Shown in pieces: positions 8,804 through 18,580 of a DNA stretch of 64,000 nucleotides (positions are counted from its first letter, which is position 1; each line of letters begins with the position of its first letter). Origin of the DNA: an archaeon (GTDB lineage: Archaea; Iainarchaeota; Iainarchaeia; Iainarchaeales; JAAZKV01); contig JBAZKP010000001.1 in NCBI GenBank assembly GCA_041650735.1, forward strand, positions 163,076 to 227,075, given 5' to 3'. The notes beneath the pieces were generated by a model, which ran no database searches, was not told where the DNA came from, and saw only the letters and a program-made list of their open reading frames with translations. Made by a program: the position numbers and the translations under genes.

Positions 8804-10546
8804 ATGGATAATGCTGAAAAAGAATACTATGAAAAGTTTTGGCACACAACCGCACACGTATTCGCTAGTGCACTAACAGAACTATATCCTAATGTAAAAA
8901 TCGCTATCGGACCCCCAATAGAACAAGGCTTTCATTACGATTTTGAACTTGACAAAAACATTGATGTAAAAGAAATGGAAAAAATAGAAGAAAAAATGCG
9001 AGAAGTTTTGAAAAGAAAAGAAGAAGTAATTAGAAAAGAAATTCCTGTAAAAGAAGCACTTGAATTATTCAAAGAAAATCCTTACAAAGTAGAAATGATT
9101 AATGATCTGGAAAAAGAAGGCGAAACAAAAATAGGAACTTACACAAACGGAAAATTCACTGACATGTGCAAAGGCCCACACCTAGAATCCACTGCAGAAA
9201 TAGGCGCAGTAAAGTTATTAAAAATTTCAGGAGCATACTGGAAAGGAAACGAAAAAAACAAGCAATTACAACGCATATATGGAATATCATTCAAAACACA
9301 AAAAGAATTAGATGAATGGATTGAAACAAGAAAAAAAGCTGAAGAAAATTCGCATATAAAGCTCGGAAAAGAACTTGATCTTTATTTAATAAGCGAACAA
9401 GTAGGAAAAGGACTCCCAATATGGTGCCCAAACGGTACAATGCTAAGAATGCAATTACAGGATTTATTGGTGAAAGAGCAAATAAAAAGAGGATATTCTT
9501 TTGTTATAACCCCCCACATAGGGAGGCTTGAATTATTCAAAATCTCAGGACACTATGATAATTACAGAGAAATGATGTACGCACCAATAAAAATTGAGGA
9601 TGAAGAATATTTACTCAAGCCAATGAACTGCCCATTCCATATTCAATATTACATGAAAGGGCAACATAGTTACCGTGACCTGCCAATGAGACTAAGCGAA
9701 ATGGGAACTGTTTACAGATACGAAAAAAGTGGGGAACTAAGCGGATTACTAAGAGTAAGAGGATTTACTCAAGATGATGCACACATATTCTGTACAGAAG
9801 ACCAGGTAAAAACAGAATTCAACGGAGTATTTGATTTAGTAATGAAAATAATGGGAATATTAAAACTAAAAGATTTCAGAGTAAGAATCGGCACACGCGA
9901 CCCAACAAGTAGTAAATACATTGGGGACCCGGCGCACTGGGAAAGAGCAACACAAGAAATAATTGAAGTATTGAAAGACAAAAAAATAAATTTTGAAGTC
10001 AATCCAGGAGATGCAGCATTCTATGGTCCAAAAGCTGATATACTTGTAAAAGATGCACTTGGAAGAGAATGGCAAACAGGAACAATCCAACTTGATTACA
10101 ATTTGCCTGAAAGATTCCAATTAGAATACACAGGCCAAGACGGGCAAAAACACAGACCAGTAATGATACACAGAGCACCATTCGGAAGCTTTGAAAGATT
10201 TACAGGAGTAATAATAGAACACTTCGGCGGAGCATTTCCATTATGGCTAAGCCCGGAACAAGTACGAATAATCCCGCTCTCAGATAAATTTATTGATTAC
10301 GCAAAACAAATACATGCAAAGCTCCTTGATGCTGAAGTAAGAGTAAAACTTGATGACAGAAACGAAACACTAGGTTACAGGATAAGAGAAGCACAAAAAG
10401 AAAAAATTCCATACGCACTAATAGTTGGTGCAAAAGAAGCAGAAGCAGGAACAGTGGCAGTAAGGCCAAGAAACGGAAACCAAGAAGTAATGCTACTTGA
10501 GAAATTCATTGAAAAAGCGCTGAAAGAAATAAAAGAAAAAGCATAA
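8804..10546 (+). CDS. thrS: Threonyl-tRNA synthetase, bacterial/eukaryal-type with N2 editing domain, no TGS domain
   Basis: Editing-site motifs HTTAHVF and DMCKGPH. Class II core motifs LKPMNCPFH, FTQDDAHIF and HRAPFGSFERF. C-terminal anticodon-binding domain. Confidence 0.92.
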   Translation: MDNAEKEYYEKFWHTTAHVFASALTELYPNVKIAIGPPIEQGFHYDFELDKNIDVKEMEKIEEKMREVLKRKEEVIRKEIPVKEALELFKENPYKVEMINDLEKEGETKIGTYTNGKFTDMCKGPHLESTAEIGAVKLLKISGAYWKGNEKNKQLQRIYGISFKTQKELDEWIETRKKAEENSHIKLGKELDLYLISEQVGKGLPIWCPNGTMLRMQLQDLLVKEQIKRGYSFVITPHIGRLELFKISGHYDNYREMMYAPIKIEDEEYLLKPMNCPFHIQYYMKGQHSYRDLPMRLSEMGTVYRYEKSGELSGLLRVRGFTQDDAHIFCTEDQVKTEFNGVFDLVMKIMGILKLKDFRVRIGTRDPTSSKYIGDPAHWERATQEIIEVLKDKKINFEVNPGDAAFYGPKADILVKDALGREWQTGTIQLDYNLPERFQLEYTGQDGQKHRPVMIHRAPFGSFERFTGVIIEHFGGAFPLWLSPEQVRIIPLSDKFIDYAKQIHAKLLDAEVRVKLDDRNETLGYRIREAQKEKIPYALIVGAKEAEAGTVAVRPRNGNQEVMLLEKFIEKALKEIKEKA

Positions 10547-10627
10547 ATCACATGCAAAACCTAATCAAATTCGTCGCAGAGAAAGCAAAGAGAATTTTAT
10601 AATACTTATCAAACACAATCTGAAACA

Positions 10628-12082
10628 GTGATACTAATGTCGGAAACAAAACTCCCTGATAAAAACAAGCAACCAAGCGAATGGTATACTGAAATAATCA
10701 AAGAAGCAGAGCTAGCTGATATACGTTATGGAGTAAAAGGGGCAATAGTTTTCCAGCACTGGTCAGTAGAAGCAATGGAACTCATGTATGATTACATGGA
10801 AAAAGACCTCAAAGAAAGAGGACACAAAAACTACTGGTTCCCTACCTTAATTCCTGAAAGTTATTTCTTAAAAGAAGCAGAACACATACAAGGATTCAGT
10901 CCTGAAGTATTCTGGGTAGAAAAAGCAGGAAACGATATTCTTGAAGAAAAACTCGCGCTACGCCCAACATCAGAAACAGCTTTTTACACAATGTTCTCAT
11001 TATGGATACGCTCTTACAAAGACTTACCATTCAAAGCTTATCAGCGTGCAAACATGTTTAGATATGAATCAAAAGCAACAAGACCCTTTTTGCGGAGCAG
11101 GGAATTTCATTGGATAGAAACACATTGTGCTTTCGCAACAGAAGAGGAAGCATTCAAAAGTGTATTAGAAGATATGGAAACCACAAAACGAATAGTGTAT
11201 GGAGTATTTGGGGTGCCAACAATTGTATTCGAAAGACCAGCGTGGGACAAATTCGCAGGAGCAGCAAGAACATTCGGAGCAGATGCAATTACCCCACAAG
11301 GAAGAGTAGTACAGCAACCAAGCACCCACATGATAAACCAGCATTTTACCAAAGTATTTGGAATAAAATTTGTGGACAAAGATGAAAAAGAAAAAACTCC
11401 TTTCACAACATGCTACGGACCTGCAATCTCAAGAATATTCGCTTCAGTTGTTTTAACACATGGAGATAATAAAGGACTGCGCTTTCCATTTGAAATCGCA
11501 CCAAAACAAATCGTGATAATCCCTATACTTGCTGAAAAAGAACCTAAAGTTCTGAAGAAAGCACAAGAAATTATGCAAATACTCAAAGAAAAAGGCTATA
11601 GGGTTGAACTTGATGACACGGACAAGAGGCCTGGAGAAAAATTTTATTACTGGGAAATGAAAGGTGTGCCCCTAAGAATAGAAATAGGCCCAAAGGATTT
11701 GAAGGAAGGGAAAATTGTTGTTTCAAGAAGAGGTGCTGAAAATAAAACAAGTGTTCTTGAAAAAGATATTGCCAAAGAAGTAGAAAAACAAGGAAAAGAA
11801 CTCAGTGAAAACTTAAAAAAACAGGCTATGAAAAGCTTTGAGGGATTAATAAAAGATGTTAAAACAATAGAAGACATAAAGAACATTGTTGGTACTGGAA
11901 TTGCAAGGGCAAACTTTTGCTCCGTGGAAAAAGATGGCACTCCTTGCGCTGAAGTAATTGAAAAAGAAACAGGCGGAAAAGTAAGAGGAACACGAGGAGA
12001 CACAAACGAAAACCCAATTGGTAATTGTGTCATATGCGGAAAAAAAGCCACAAAAGTAGTGTATATTGCCAAAGATTACTAA
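10628..12082 (+). CDS. proS: Prolyl-tRNA synthetase, archaeal/eukaryal type
   Basis: PSEWYTEIIKEAELADIRYGVKG N-terminus, LRPTSET, FRYE and REFHW class IIa motifs, C-terminal Cys-containing domain ending in Y. The likely real start is the ATG at 10637. Confidence 0.92.
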   Translation: MILMSETKLPDKNKQPSEWYTEIIKEAELADIRYGVKGAIVFQHWSVEAMELMYDYMEKDLKERGHKNYWFPTLIPESYFLKEAEHIQGFSPEVFWVEKAGNDILEEKLALRPTSETAFYTMFSLWIRSYKDLPFKAYQRANMFRYESKATRPFLRSREFHWIETHCAFATEEEAFKSVLEDMETTKRIVYGVFGVPTIVFERPAWDKFAGAARTFGADAITPQGRVVQQPSTHMINQHFTKVFGIKFVDKDEKEKTPFTTCYGPAISRIFASVVLTHGDNKGLRFPFEIAPKQIVIIPILAEKEPKVLKKAQEIMQILKEKGYRVELDDTDKRPGEKFYYWEMKGVPLRIEIGPKDLKEGKIVVSRRGAENKTSVLEKDIAKEVEKQGKELSENLKKQAMKSFEGLIKDVKTIEDIKNIVGTGIARANFCSVEKDGTPCAEVIEKETGGKVRGTRGDTNENPIGNCVICGKKATKVVYIAKDY

Positions 12083-12182
12083 TTATACACACCGAAAAAA
12101 AATCTAAATCCAAACAACCAAAAATGAAAGACTTTTTGCCTAGTACAAAAAGCCTTAAATAAAGGAAAACCCTATTTTTTGC

Positions 12183-13871
12183 ATGCCTACTGATTATTTG
12201 GAAGACATCATTGGCCAAGCAAAGGCAAGCACCCAAAAAGAAGAACAAGCGCCTATTGAAGAGCCGGTAAAAGCAAAACCTGAGGACAAGGAAGAACAAT
12301 TAGCGCAGGAAGTAAAACAAAAAGACATGCAGGAATTCAAGCAAACAATGATGGAAGAAACAGAACCAACTCCTGAAGAAAAAACAGCTATTGAAAAAGA
12401 GCTTGATGAAACCAGAAAAATAGAAATAGATGCATACGGGAAAGTAAAAATCTATAAACTCCCTAACAAGCCATTAGCATACTATTTTTTGCCAGCAACA
12501 AGACCAACAGCAGCAGAAAGAAAAGTAATTAACACACTAAAAGAAGCAACTACAAGACTCATCAGCATTGCTCCTTACAAAATAAGGGATCCTGAGGAAA
12601 GAAGAATTATTTACAAGCAAAAAATAATTGAAATAATAAAAAGCAATCCAACATTAAGAATTCCTGAAAGCAGAACCCTATTTTATGCTGATGCTGTTGT
12701 AAGAGAAATGGTAGGCTACGGATTAATAGATGATTTAATCAAAGATGACCAGTTAGAAGAAATAATGATTGTGGGACCAAAAAAACCTGTTTATGTTTTC
12801 CACAGAAAACACGAAATGATGACAACAAACATAGAATTTTTTTCAGAACAAGAAATAGAAGACCTAATAAATAAAATCGCGAGAGAAGTAGGGCGAAGAG
12901 TGGATGTTTCATCCCCTCTGCTTGATGCCAGATTACTTGATGGGTCACGTGTAAACGCAACCATTCCCCCAGCATCAATCTCAGGAGGAACACTAACAAT
13001 AAGAAAATTCAGGGCAGACCCTTACTCACTAATTGATTTAATCAAAATGGGAACATTGAGCAGTGAAGCGGCAGCATTCCTCTGGATGGCAATTGATGGA
13101 TTAGGAACAAAACCAGCGAACATACTAATATCAGGTGGAACAGGTTCAGGAAAAACAACTTTGCTTAACGTGCTTGCTGCATTCGTTCCAGACAGGGAAA
13201 GAATAATAACAATTGAAGACACAGCTGAATTAAACCTGCCAATAAAGCATTGGATAAGATTAGAATCAAGGCCGCCAGGGATAGAAGGAACAGGAGAACT
13301 CAAAATGGATATACTCACAAAAAATTCCTTAAGAATGAGGCCTGACAGAATAATTGTAGGGGAAATAAGGCATGAAGAAGCATTCACTTTATTCACAGCG
13401 ATGAACACAGGGCATGATGGAACGCTAGGAACAGTACACGCAAACAGCCCTGATGAAACACTAATCAGGTTAACAAGCCCCCCAATGAATGTCCCAAACA
13501 TAATGATGTCGGGACTAGATATGATAATCGTAGAACACAGATACTATGACAGAAAAAAAGGAACTATGAGAAGAGTAAGCGAAATCGCAGAAGTTTACGG
13601 AGCACTAGAAGGTCATCCAAAAACACAAACAATATTCCAACGAGACCCAACACGCGACACCTTAGACAAAACACTTGTTGACAGCAAATACCTCAAAGTA
13701 CTACAAAGCTTCACAGGAACAACAAAAGACAAAATTATGTCAGAAATGAATTCAAGAAAAGAATTTTTAGATTCTTTGGTAAACCAAAATATAAGAACAC
13801 TTGGTGAAGTATCAGAAAGAGCAAAAAGATTTGTGCTTGAAAAAAAGAATATTGGTGAAATAAATGGCTGA
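12183..13871 (+). CDS. Type IV pilus/secretion ATPase, FlaI/CpaF/VirB11 family
   Basis: Walker A GGTGSGKTT, IITIEDTAEL, RMRPDRIIVGEIR, His box TGHDGTLGTVHA. The ~190-aa N-terminal extension is E/K-rich. Confidence 0.9.
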   Translation: MPTDYLEDIIGQAKASTQKEEQAPIEEPVKAKPEDKEEQLAQEVKQKDMQEFKQTMMEETEPTPEEKTAIEKELDETRKIEIDAYGKVKIYKLPNKPLAYYFLPATRPTAAERKVINTLKEATTRLISIAPYKIRDPEERRIIYKQKIIEIIKSNPTLRIPESRTLFYADAVVREMVGYGLIDDLIKDDQLEEIMIVGPKKPVYVFHRKHEMMTTNIEFFSEQEIEDLINKIAREVGRRVDVSSPLLDARLLDGSRVNATIPPASISGGTLTIRKFRADPYSLIDLIKMGTLSSEAAAFLWMAIDGLGTKPANILISGGTGSGKTTLLNVLAAFVPDRERIITIEDTAELNLPIKHWIRLESRPPGIEGTGELKMDILTKNSLRMRPDRIIVGEIRHEEAFTLFTAMNTGHDGTLGTVHANSPDETLIRLTSPPMNVPNIMMSGLDMIIVEHRYYDRKKGTMRRVSEIAEVYGALEGHPKTQTIFQRDPTRDTLDKTLVDSKYLKVLQSFTGTTKDKIMSEMNSRKEFLDSLVNQNIRTLGEVSERAKRFVLEKKNIGEING

Positions 13872-14976
13872 ACCGGGAACAAGCATCGACCAGGACGAAG
13901 TTGATAAAATAGTTGAAACAATGAAACGCAAGTACCGTGAAGAAGGAATGCAGTTTGATGAAGTATCAGGCTCACTAAAAGAACTCAGGGGGATAATTGC
14001 AGAAGACACTTACTCAAGAACAGATATAGAAAACAAAGAAGACCTAGAAGATTTTGATTCAAAAATAGCCCAGCAAGTAGGAAATGTATACCTACACATG
14101 AAAGGGATACTAAAGCCAATTCAGATGACTCTAAAAAAAATCCCTTTCAGCGATGAAATCGGCTATTACTTGTACTCAGCAAACATGCCTTATTCAGCAA
14201 ACCAATATTTAGCTTTAACAAGCGCAGCAGGACTAATAGGCGCTTTAGTTGCACTAATCGCAGGACTATTCCTGGGCGCAATGATTGCAGCAACAACAAA
14301 AAATATTTTCTTTGCAACAATAATGCCATTCGCATCAGCAATAGTAATAGGGCTTATTACTCTAATAATAGTTCTTAATATCCCAAAACAAAAAGCAATC
14401 GCACGTGGTAATGCCTGCTCAGTTGAACTCCCTTTCGCATTAAGGCACATGGCTACAGAACTAAGGGCAGGAATAGGATTATACAAAACAATACAAGCAG
14501 TAACAGCAACAAACTATGGAGTATTAAGCGAAGAATTTGCAAGAACAATATCAGAAATAGAAGAAGGCACGGATACAAGCGTTGCATTAAAACACATGGC
14601 TGTAAGAACACAAAGCAAACCACTGAGAACAGCGCTCGGCCACATAATAAGAGCAATGAGAATAGGAGGAAACCTTTCAGCAATAATGAGTGAAATAGCA
14701 AAAGAAGTATCAGATGATTTAAAAAACAAAATAATTTCTTTCTCCCAACAAATGAACTTCTTTGCAGTAATATTTATTTTCTTAGGAATAGTAATGCCAG
14801 TAGCAATAATGATTCTTGGCGCAATAAGAAACTCCCCTATAGCCGCAACAGGTCAAGACCTTTTCAAAGCAGTCCCACTCACCCCACAAGTACTTTTAAT
14901 TTTTTATTTGATTCTCATGCCAATAGTTTTTATATTTATGAATGCGATGGTTTACATGGCCCAACCAAAGATGTGA
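13864..14976 (+). CDS. Pilus platform membrane protein, T2SS-F/TadB-TadC/FlaJ-like (first of two)
   Basis: T2SSF-type cytoplasmic helix block ELPFALRHMATELRAGIGLYKTIQ flanked by TM helices. Overlaps the ATPase gene by 8 nt. Confidence 0.8.
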   Translation: MAEPGTSIDQDEVDKIVETMKRKYREEGMQFDEVSGSLKELRGIIAEDTYSRTDIENKEDLEDFDSKIAQQVGNVYLHMKGILKPIQMTLKKIPFSDEIGYYLYSANMPYSANQYLALTSAAGLIGALVALIAGLFLGAMIAATTKNIFFATIMPFASAIVIGLITLIIVLNIPKQKAIARGNACSVELPFALRHMATELRAGIGLYKTIQAVTATNYGVLSEEFARTISEIEEGTDTSVALKHMAVRTQSKPLRTALGHIIRAMRIGGNLSAIMSEIAKEVSDDLKNKIISFSQQMNFFAVIFIFLGIVMPVAIMILGAIRNSPIAATGQDLFKAVPLTPQVLLIFYLILMPIVFIFMNAMVYMAQPKM

Positions 14977-14980
14977 TTTG

Positions 14981-15895
14981 ATGGAACAAACAATACTTGA
15001 AAAATATGCAGAATGGATGGAGTTCGGAAAAATTAAGTACCCCCCAATTACGTGGATAGGCATAGCAATAGGGGCAACAGTATTAGTAGGAATAATTAGT
15101 TTTGTATTAAGTTCATTAATTATAAAAGAATTAACACTAATACCAATAGCATTCAGCATCGCAACCCTAGTACTAATAATAGGGTACCCTTACATGAAAA
15201 AAGAAACCATTATTGATGGAATAGAAAAAAATTTCAGTGACGCATTAAAACAAATGGCAGATACACTAAAAGCAGGAGACACATATGAAAGTGCGTTAAG
15301 AGAAGTTGTTGATTCTGATTACGGCAGGCTTTCAGAAGAAATGCAATTAGCGCTCCGCAGGTTGGAAGACGGCGAAAACCTTGACACTGCATTAACAGGA
15401 TTTGCAAAAAGAATTGATTCAAGATTAATCAGGAGAACAATAACAATAATATTGGATTCCATAAAAACAGGGGCAAGCTTGGCAGAAATCCTTGACGAAA
15501 TAGCTGAAGATGTCCGCGATTTGCAAAGATTAAAGGAAGACAGAAAATCCAACACAACAATGCAATTTATGTTCATGATTGCTTCAGGAGGATTTATTGC
15601 CCCCTTAATCTTTGGAGAAATAAATGCTGTTGTTGCAGCATTCTCAAACATGGGCGGCCAGGTAACAACCGCAGCACAAATGGCAGCAGCACAAGAAACA
15701 AACAATTTCATAATAATGCTAATCCAAATGTATATCATAATAGAGGTAATTGGCTCAGGGGCAATGATGTCATTAATACGGGAAGGAAAACTCAACAAAA
15801 GCATTATATATATCCCAATTCTCTTATTGTTAGCGTTCATAATGTATTACACCTCTTCAATTGTTGTTAAAGGAATGATATCGGGATCAGTATGA
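14981..15895 (+). CDS. Pilus platform membrane protein, T2SS-F/TadC/FlaJ-like (second of two)
   Basis: FSDALKQMADTLKAGDTYESAL and ITIILDSIKTGASLAEIL T2SSF-like blocks plus TM helices. Start moved from 14942 to the ATG lying 4 nt after the upstream stop. Confidence 0.8.
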   Translation: MEQTILEKYAEWMEFGKIKYPPITWIGIAIGATVLVGIISFVLSSLIIKELTLIPIAFSIATLVLIIGYPYMKKETIIDGIEKNFSDALKQMADTLKAGDTYESALREVVDSDYGRLSEEMQLALRRLEDGENLDTALTGFAKRIDSRLIRRTITIILDSIKTGASLAEILDEIAEDVRDLQRLKEDRKSNTTMQFMFMIASGGFIAPLIFGEINAVVAAFSNMGGQVTTAAQMAAAQETNNFIIMLIQMYIIIEVIGSGAMMSLIREGKLNKSIIYIPILLLLAFIMYYTSSIVVKGMISGSV

Positions 15896-16041
15896 TGGAA
15901 GAAAAAGCACAAGTAAATATAGAATACTTGCTGATAATTGCAGGGGCGGTAGCTGTCGTCACAGTCGTTTCACTTTATGTAAAAACCAGTGCAAATACCG
16001 CAGCACAAACCGCACAACAACAAATCGAACAAAACCCTTAA
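15895..16041 (+). CDS. Short pilin with class III signal peptide (48 aa)
   Basis: Below the ORF-track cutoff; translated by hand as MEEKAQVNIEYLLIIAGAVAVVTVVSLYVKTSANTAAQTAQQQIEQNP. Its ATG overlaps the platform gene stop (ATGA). Q-x-x-x-E-Y-L-L motif followed by a hydrophobic helix. Confidence 0.75.
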   Translation: MEEKAQVNIEYLLIIAGAVAVVTVVSLYVKTSANTAAQTAQQQIEQNP

Positions 16042-16127
16042 AGCAATTTAAAAAAGCCAAAGGTAGGTTTAAAAACCTAAAAAACATTATAATAAATTAG
16101 TTTTATAATTCAAAAGGAGGATTCTCA

Positions 16128-16307
16128 ATGGAACAAAAAGCACAAGGAGCAATAGAATATTTATTGATAATAGGAGCAGCAATCCTAGTAGTAGCAATAG
16201 TAATTGTGGCAATGACCGGAATAGTAGGCACTGGACAACAGACAGGAACATCAGCTACAGGAGACTATAATTCACAACTTGGAGATTTGAACAGCCTAAA
16301 ACAATAA
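16128..16307 (+). CDS. Short pilin with class III signal peptide (59 aa), candidate major pilin
   Basis: Hand translation: MEQKAQGAIEYLLIIGAAILVVAIVIVAMTGIVGTGQQTGTSATGDYNSQLGDLNSLKQ. AGGAGG at 16115-16120 sits 7 nt upstream of the ATG. A hairpin plus T-run terminator lies downstream. Confidence 0.8.
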   Translation: MEQKAQGAIEYLLIIGAAILVVAIVIVAMTGIVGTGQQTGTSATGDYNSQLGDLNSLKQ

Positions 16308-16340
16308 ATCTACGAATGTGAATAATGAATTCATTTAAAA

Positions 16341-16377
16341 AGAAAAGGCTCAATGCCTTTTCTTTTCTATTTTTTTT
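16341..16377 (+). terminator. Hairpin plus oligo-T terminator after pilin gene
   Basis: AGAAAAGGC-ucaau-GCCUUUUCU is a perfect 9-bp stem (16341-16363), followed by a T-rich run to 16377. Confidence 0.6.
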
Positions 16378-16428
16378 GAACAAAATAATTAGGTTTAAAT
16401 ACTTCTTTTCCCTAATATGAATGGTTTT

Positions 16429-16746
16429 ATGGAACGCGGACAAGGCTCAATAGAATATTTATTACTCTTAGCAGCAGCAGTTGTTGTTGTGGGAGTTGTA
16501 GTAGCATTCATAATAAGCACAATAGGACCAGTGCAAGATACAGGGAGCCAACAAACCTATGATTATACCTGCAAAACTTTAGACACAAATAGTTTCCTAT
16601 GCGGATGCTATGAATGCAATCTAAACAAAGGCGGTTACTCCCCTGAATTAAAAATAACCAAAATGGCAAACAAAACGGATTGCGATGCTTTATCAGTTTA
16701 TAAAAATGATTCCTTGCTTCTAGGAAGCAAATGCTCTGGCTGGTAA
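16429..16746 (+). CDS. Pilin with class III signal peptide and Cys-rich C-terminal domain
   Basis: MERGQGSIEYLLLLAAAVVVVGVVVAF leader and helix, then a ~70-aa domain with 7 Cys (CKTLDTNSFLCGCYECN...CDAL...KCSGW). The ORF track starts at 16417; the ATG at 16429 parallels the other pilins. Confidence 0.75.
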   Translation: MERGQGSIEYLLLLAAAVVVVGVVVAFIISTIGPVQDTGSQQTYDYTCKTLDTNSFLCGCYECNLNKGGYSPELKITKMANKTDCDALSVYKNDSLLLGSKCSGW

Positions 16747-16758
16747 AAAGTGTGTTTT

Positions 16759-16932
16759 ATGGAAGAAAAAGCACAAGTATCCTTTGAGTACCTACTTACA
16801 GCAGTATTCGCAATAATGCTCGCGATAAGCGCAGCAATAATAGTTGAAACCTTGAAATCATTAGCCCTACAAGCACAAGCAGACATACTCTCCACAAGAG
16901 CAAGAGTAATAGAAAACATCATGACAAACTAA
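16759..16932 (+). CDS. Short pilin with class III signal peptide (57 aa)
   Basis: MEEKAQVSFEYLLTAVFAIMLAISAAIIV. The first 21 nt are identical to the pilin gene at 15895. The ORF track starts at the GTG at 16750. Confidence 0.7.
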   Translation: MEEKAQVSFEYLLTAVFAIMLAISAAIIVETLKSLALQAQADILSTRARVIENIMTN

Positions 16933-17013
16933 CAAACAAGAGTAACCTGCAAACAAACAATCCTTTTTGCTCTACAATAAAACTTTATAAACAATAAACC
17001 CCTAATTCTAGAA

Positions 17014-18126
17014 ATGCTTACCATTATATTTTACTCATCAATAATAATCTCAATACTTGGATTATTAGCTGCTACATATACTGATTTGAAAGAAAGAATC
17101 GTTCCGAATAAATTAAATTACGGCCTGGCAATAACAGGACTTGTGATATTCGCACTACAATCATATTTCGAAGCAAGTTACTTTCCTTTGCTGTATTCAG
17201 TATGCGGATTATCCTTTGGATTTTTATTCGGCTGGGTAATGTGGAAACTAGGCGTATTTGCAGGAGGAGATGTGAAATTATTTATGGGATTAGGCGCCCT
17301 AAACCCTTTTACTCCAGCACTACTAAAAATAGGGGCTTTTTCAACAGCGAATATTCCTTTATTTCCAATTACATTATTTATTTACTCCTTAATTTCTTTC
17401 CTCCCATACGGCTTATTTGTAATAACATGCAGAGTAAGCAAAAATAAAAAGTTTCAAAAAGAATTATATAAAGAAATGAAACCAAAAATCCTCACAGCAA
17501 TACATGCTTCAATATTCGCTTCCGCAGCATACACTCTTATCACATTCTTTAACCTCAACGCTTTGCTCGTGATAATAATTCTGCTAATATGGGGAATAAT
17601 CGGAGAAAAAAAGAAATTCATCACAATAATTTCAGTAATCTGGGCCTTAATCACAAACCCGGTTTTGCTAACCCAAGCACTCATAGCAGCAATGATATTT
17701 AGTGTAGGATTATATACAATAATTAAACTGCTTTTATCTGCAAGAAAAATTTTGTCAACAGAAATTAATGTGAAAGACCTGGAAGAAGGAATGATTCCTG
17801 CAAAAAGCATTATAAAGAAAGGAAAAAAATTGGAAGAAGTGAACCCATTTGATTTTAAGCAAATAGTAAAATATGCAAAGGAAAAAAACTTTAAAGCAAT
17901 TAAAGAAATGATTATGCCAAAAAAAGAAATAATTTCTTCAAGAAAAGCACGCGGGCTCACGATTGAAGAATTAAAAGAAGTGAAAAAGCTCGCAGCAAAA
18001 GGGCTTATTCCCAAAAAAATTTTTATAAAAGAAAGCATGCCTTTTGTTCCAACAATGCTCTTAGGATATTTGCTCTGCCTAATCCTAGGAGATTATGCAT
18101 TAATGATTTTTTTTGGGGCGATATAA
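17014..18126 (+). CDS. Prepilin/preflagellin peptidase, A24 family (PibD/EppA-like) with long C-terminal extension
   Basis: First catalytic Asp context YTDLKERIVPNKLN, second FAGGDVKLFMGLGA. An additional TM block and a ~110-aa Lys-rich soluble segment precede a final TM helix. Confidence 0.8.
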   Translation: MLTIIFYSSIIISILGLLAATYTDLKERIVPNKLNYGLAITGLVIFALQSYFEASYFPLLYSVCGLSFGFLFGWVMWKLGVFAGGDVKLFMGLGALNPFTPALLKIGAFSTANIPLFPITLFIYSLISFLPYGLFVITCRVSKNKKFQKELYKEMKPKILTAIHASIFASAAYTLITFFNLNALLVIIILLIWGIIGEKKKFITIISVIWALITNPVLLTQALIAAMIFSVGLYTIIKLLLSARKILSTEINVKDLEEGMIPAKSIIKKGKKLEEVNPFDFKQIVKYAKEKNFKAIKEMIMPKKEIISSRKARGLTIEELKEVKKLAAKGLIPKKIFIKESMPFVPTMLLGYLLCLILGDYALMIFFGAI

Positions 18127-18576
18127 ATGAAAAGAGGACAGGCAGCGCTTGAATTCATTTTCCTCATACTTGTTGTGGTTGTTTATATTGTAACAGTTAC
18201 AATGCCCTTAAGCAGAGATACGCAAAGTGCTTTAAGTGATGTGGAAACACTTTCAAGAGCAAACAATGAAACACAAAAAATAATGAATTCAATAAATGAG
18301 CTTTCCATTATTGGAGAAGGATCAAAACAAACCTTAACACTATTCATTCCGGAAAATACATTCATTTATTGTACAGACACAAATATTTCATATGAAGTAA
18401 AATTAAAACAAACACCTTACCCAATACAATGCTCTTCAGGAACCTGTAGGAAAACATTTTTGGTCCCAAGTACAATAACACTTAACTGCAGCTTACAATT
18501 AATAACAGGACCAACAAAAATGAACCTTGTACTTGAAAAAAGTGCGGCAAAAATTGCTTTCACGCAAGGAAGCTGA
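18127..18576 (+). CDS. Pilin-like protein with class III signal peptide (minor pilin candidate)
   Basis: MKRGQAALEFIFLILVVVVYIV N-terminus. Starts 1 nt after the peptidase stop. Confidence 0.65.
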   Translation: MKRGQAALEFIFLILVVVVYIVTVTMPLSRDTQSALSDVETLSRANNETQKIMNSINELSIIGEGSKQTLTLFIPENTFIYCTDTNISYEVKLKQTPYPIQCSSGTCRKTFLVPSTITLNCSLQLITGPTKMNLVLEKSAAKIAFTQGS

Positions 18577-18580
18577 TTAA

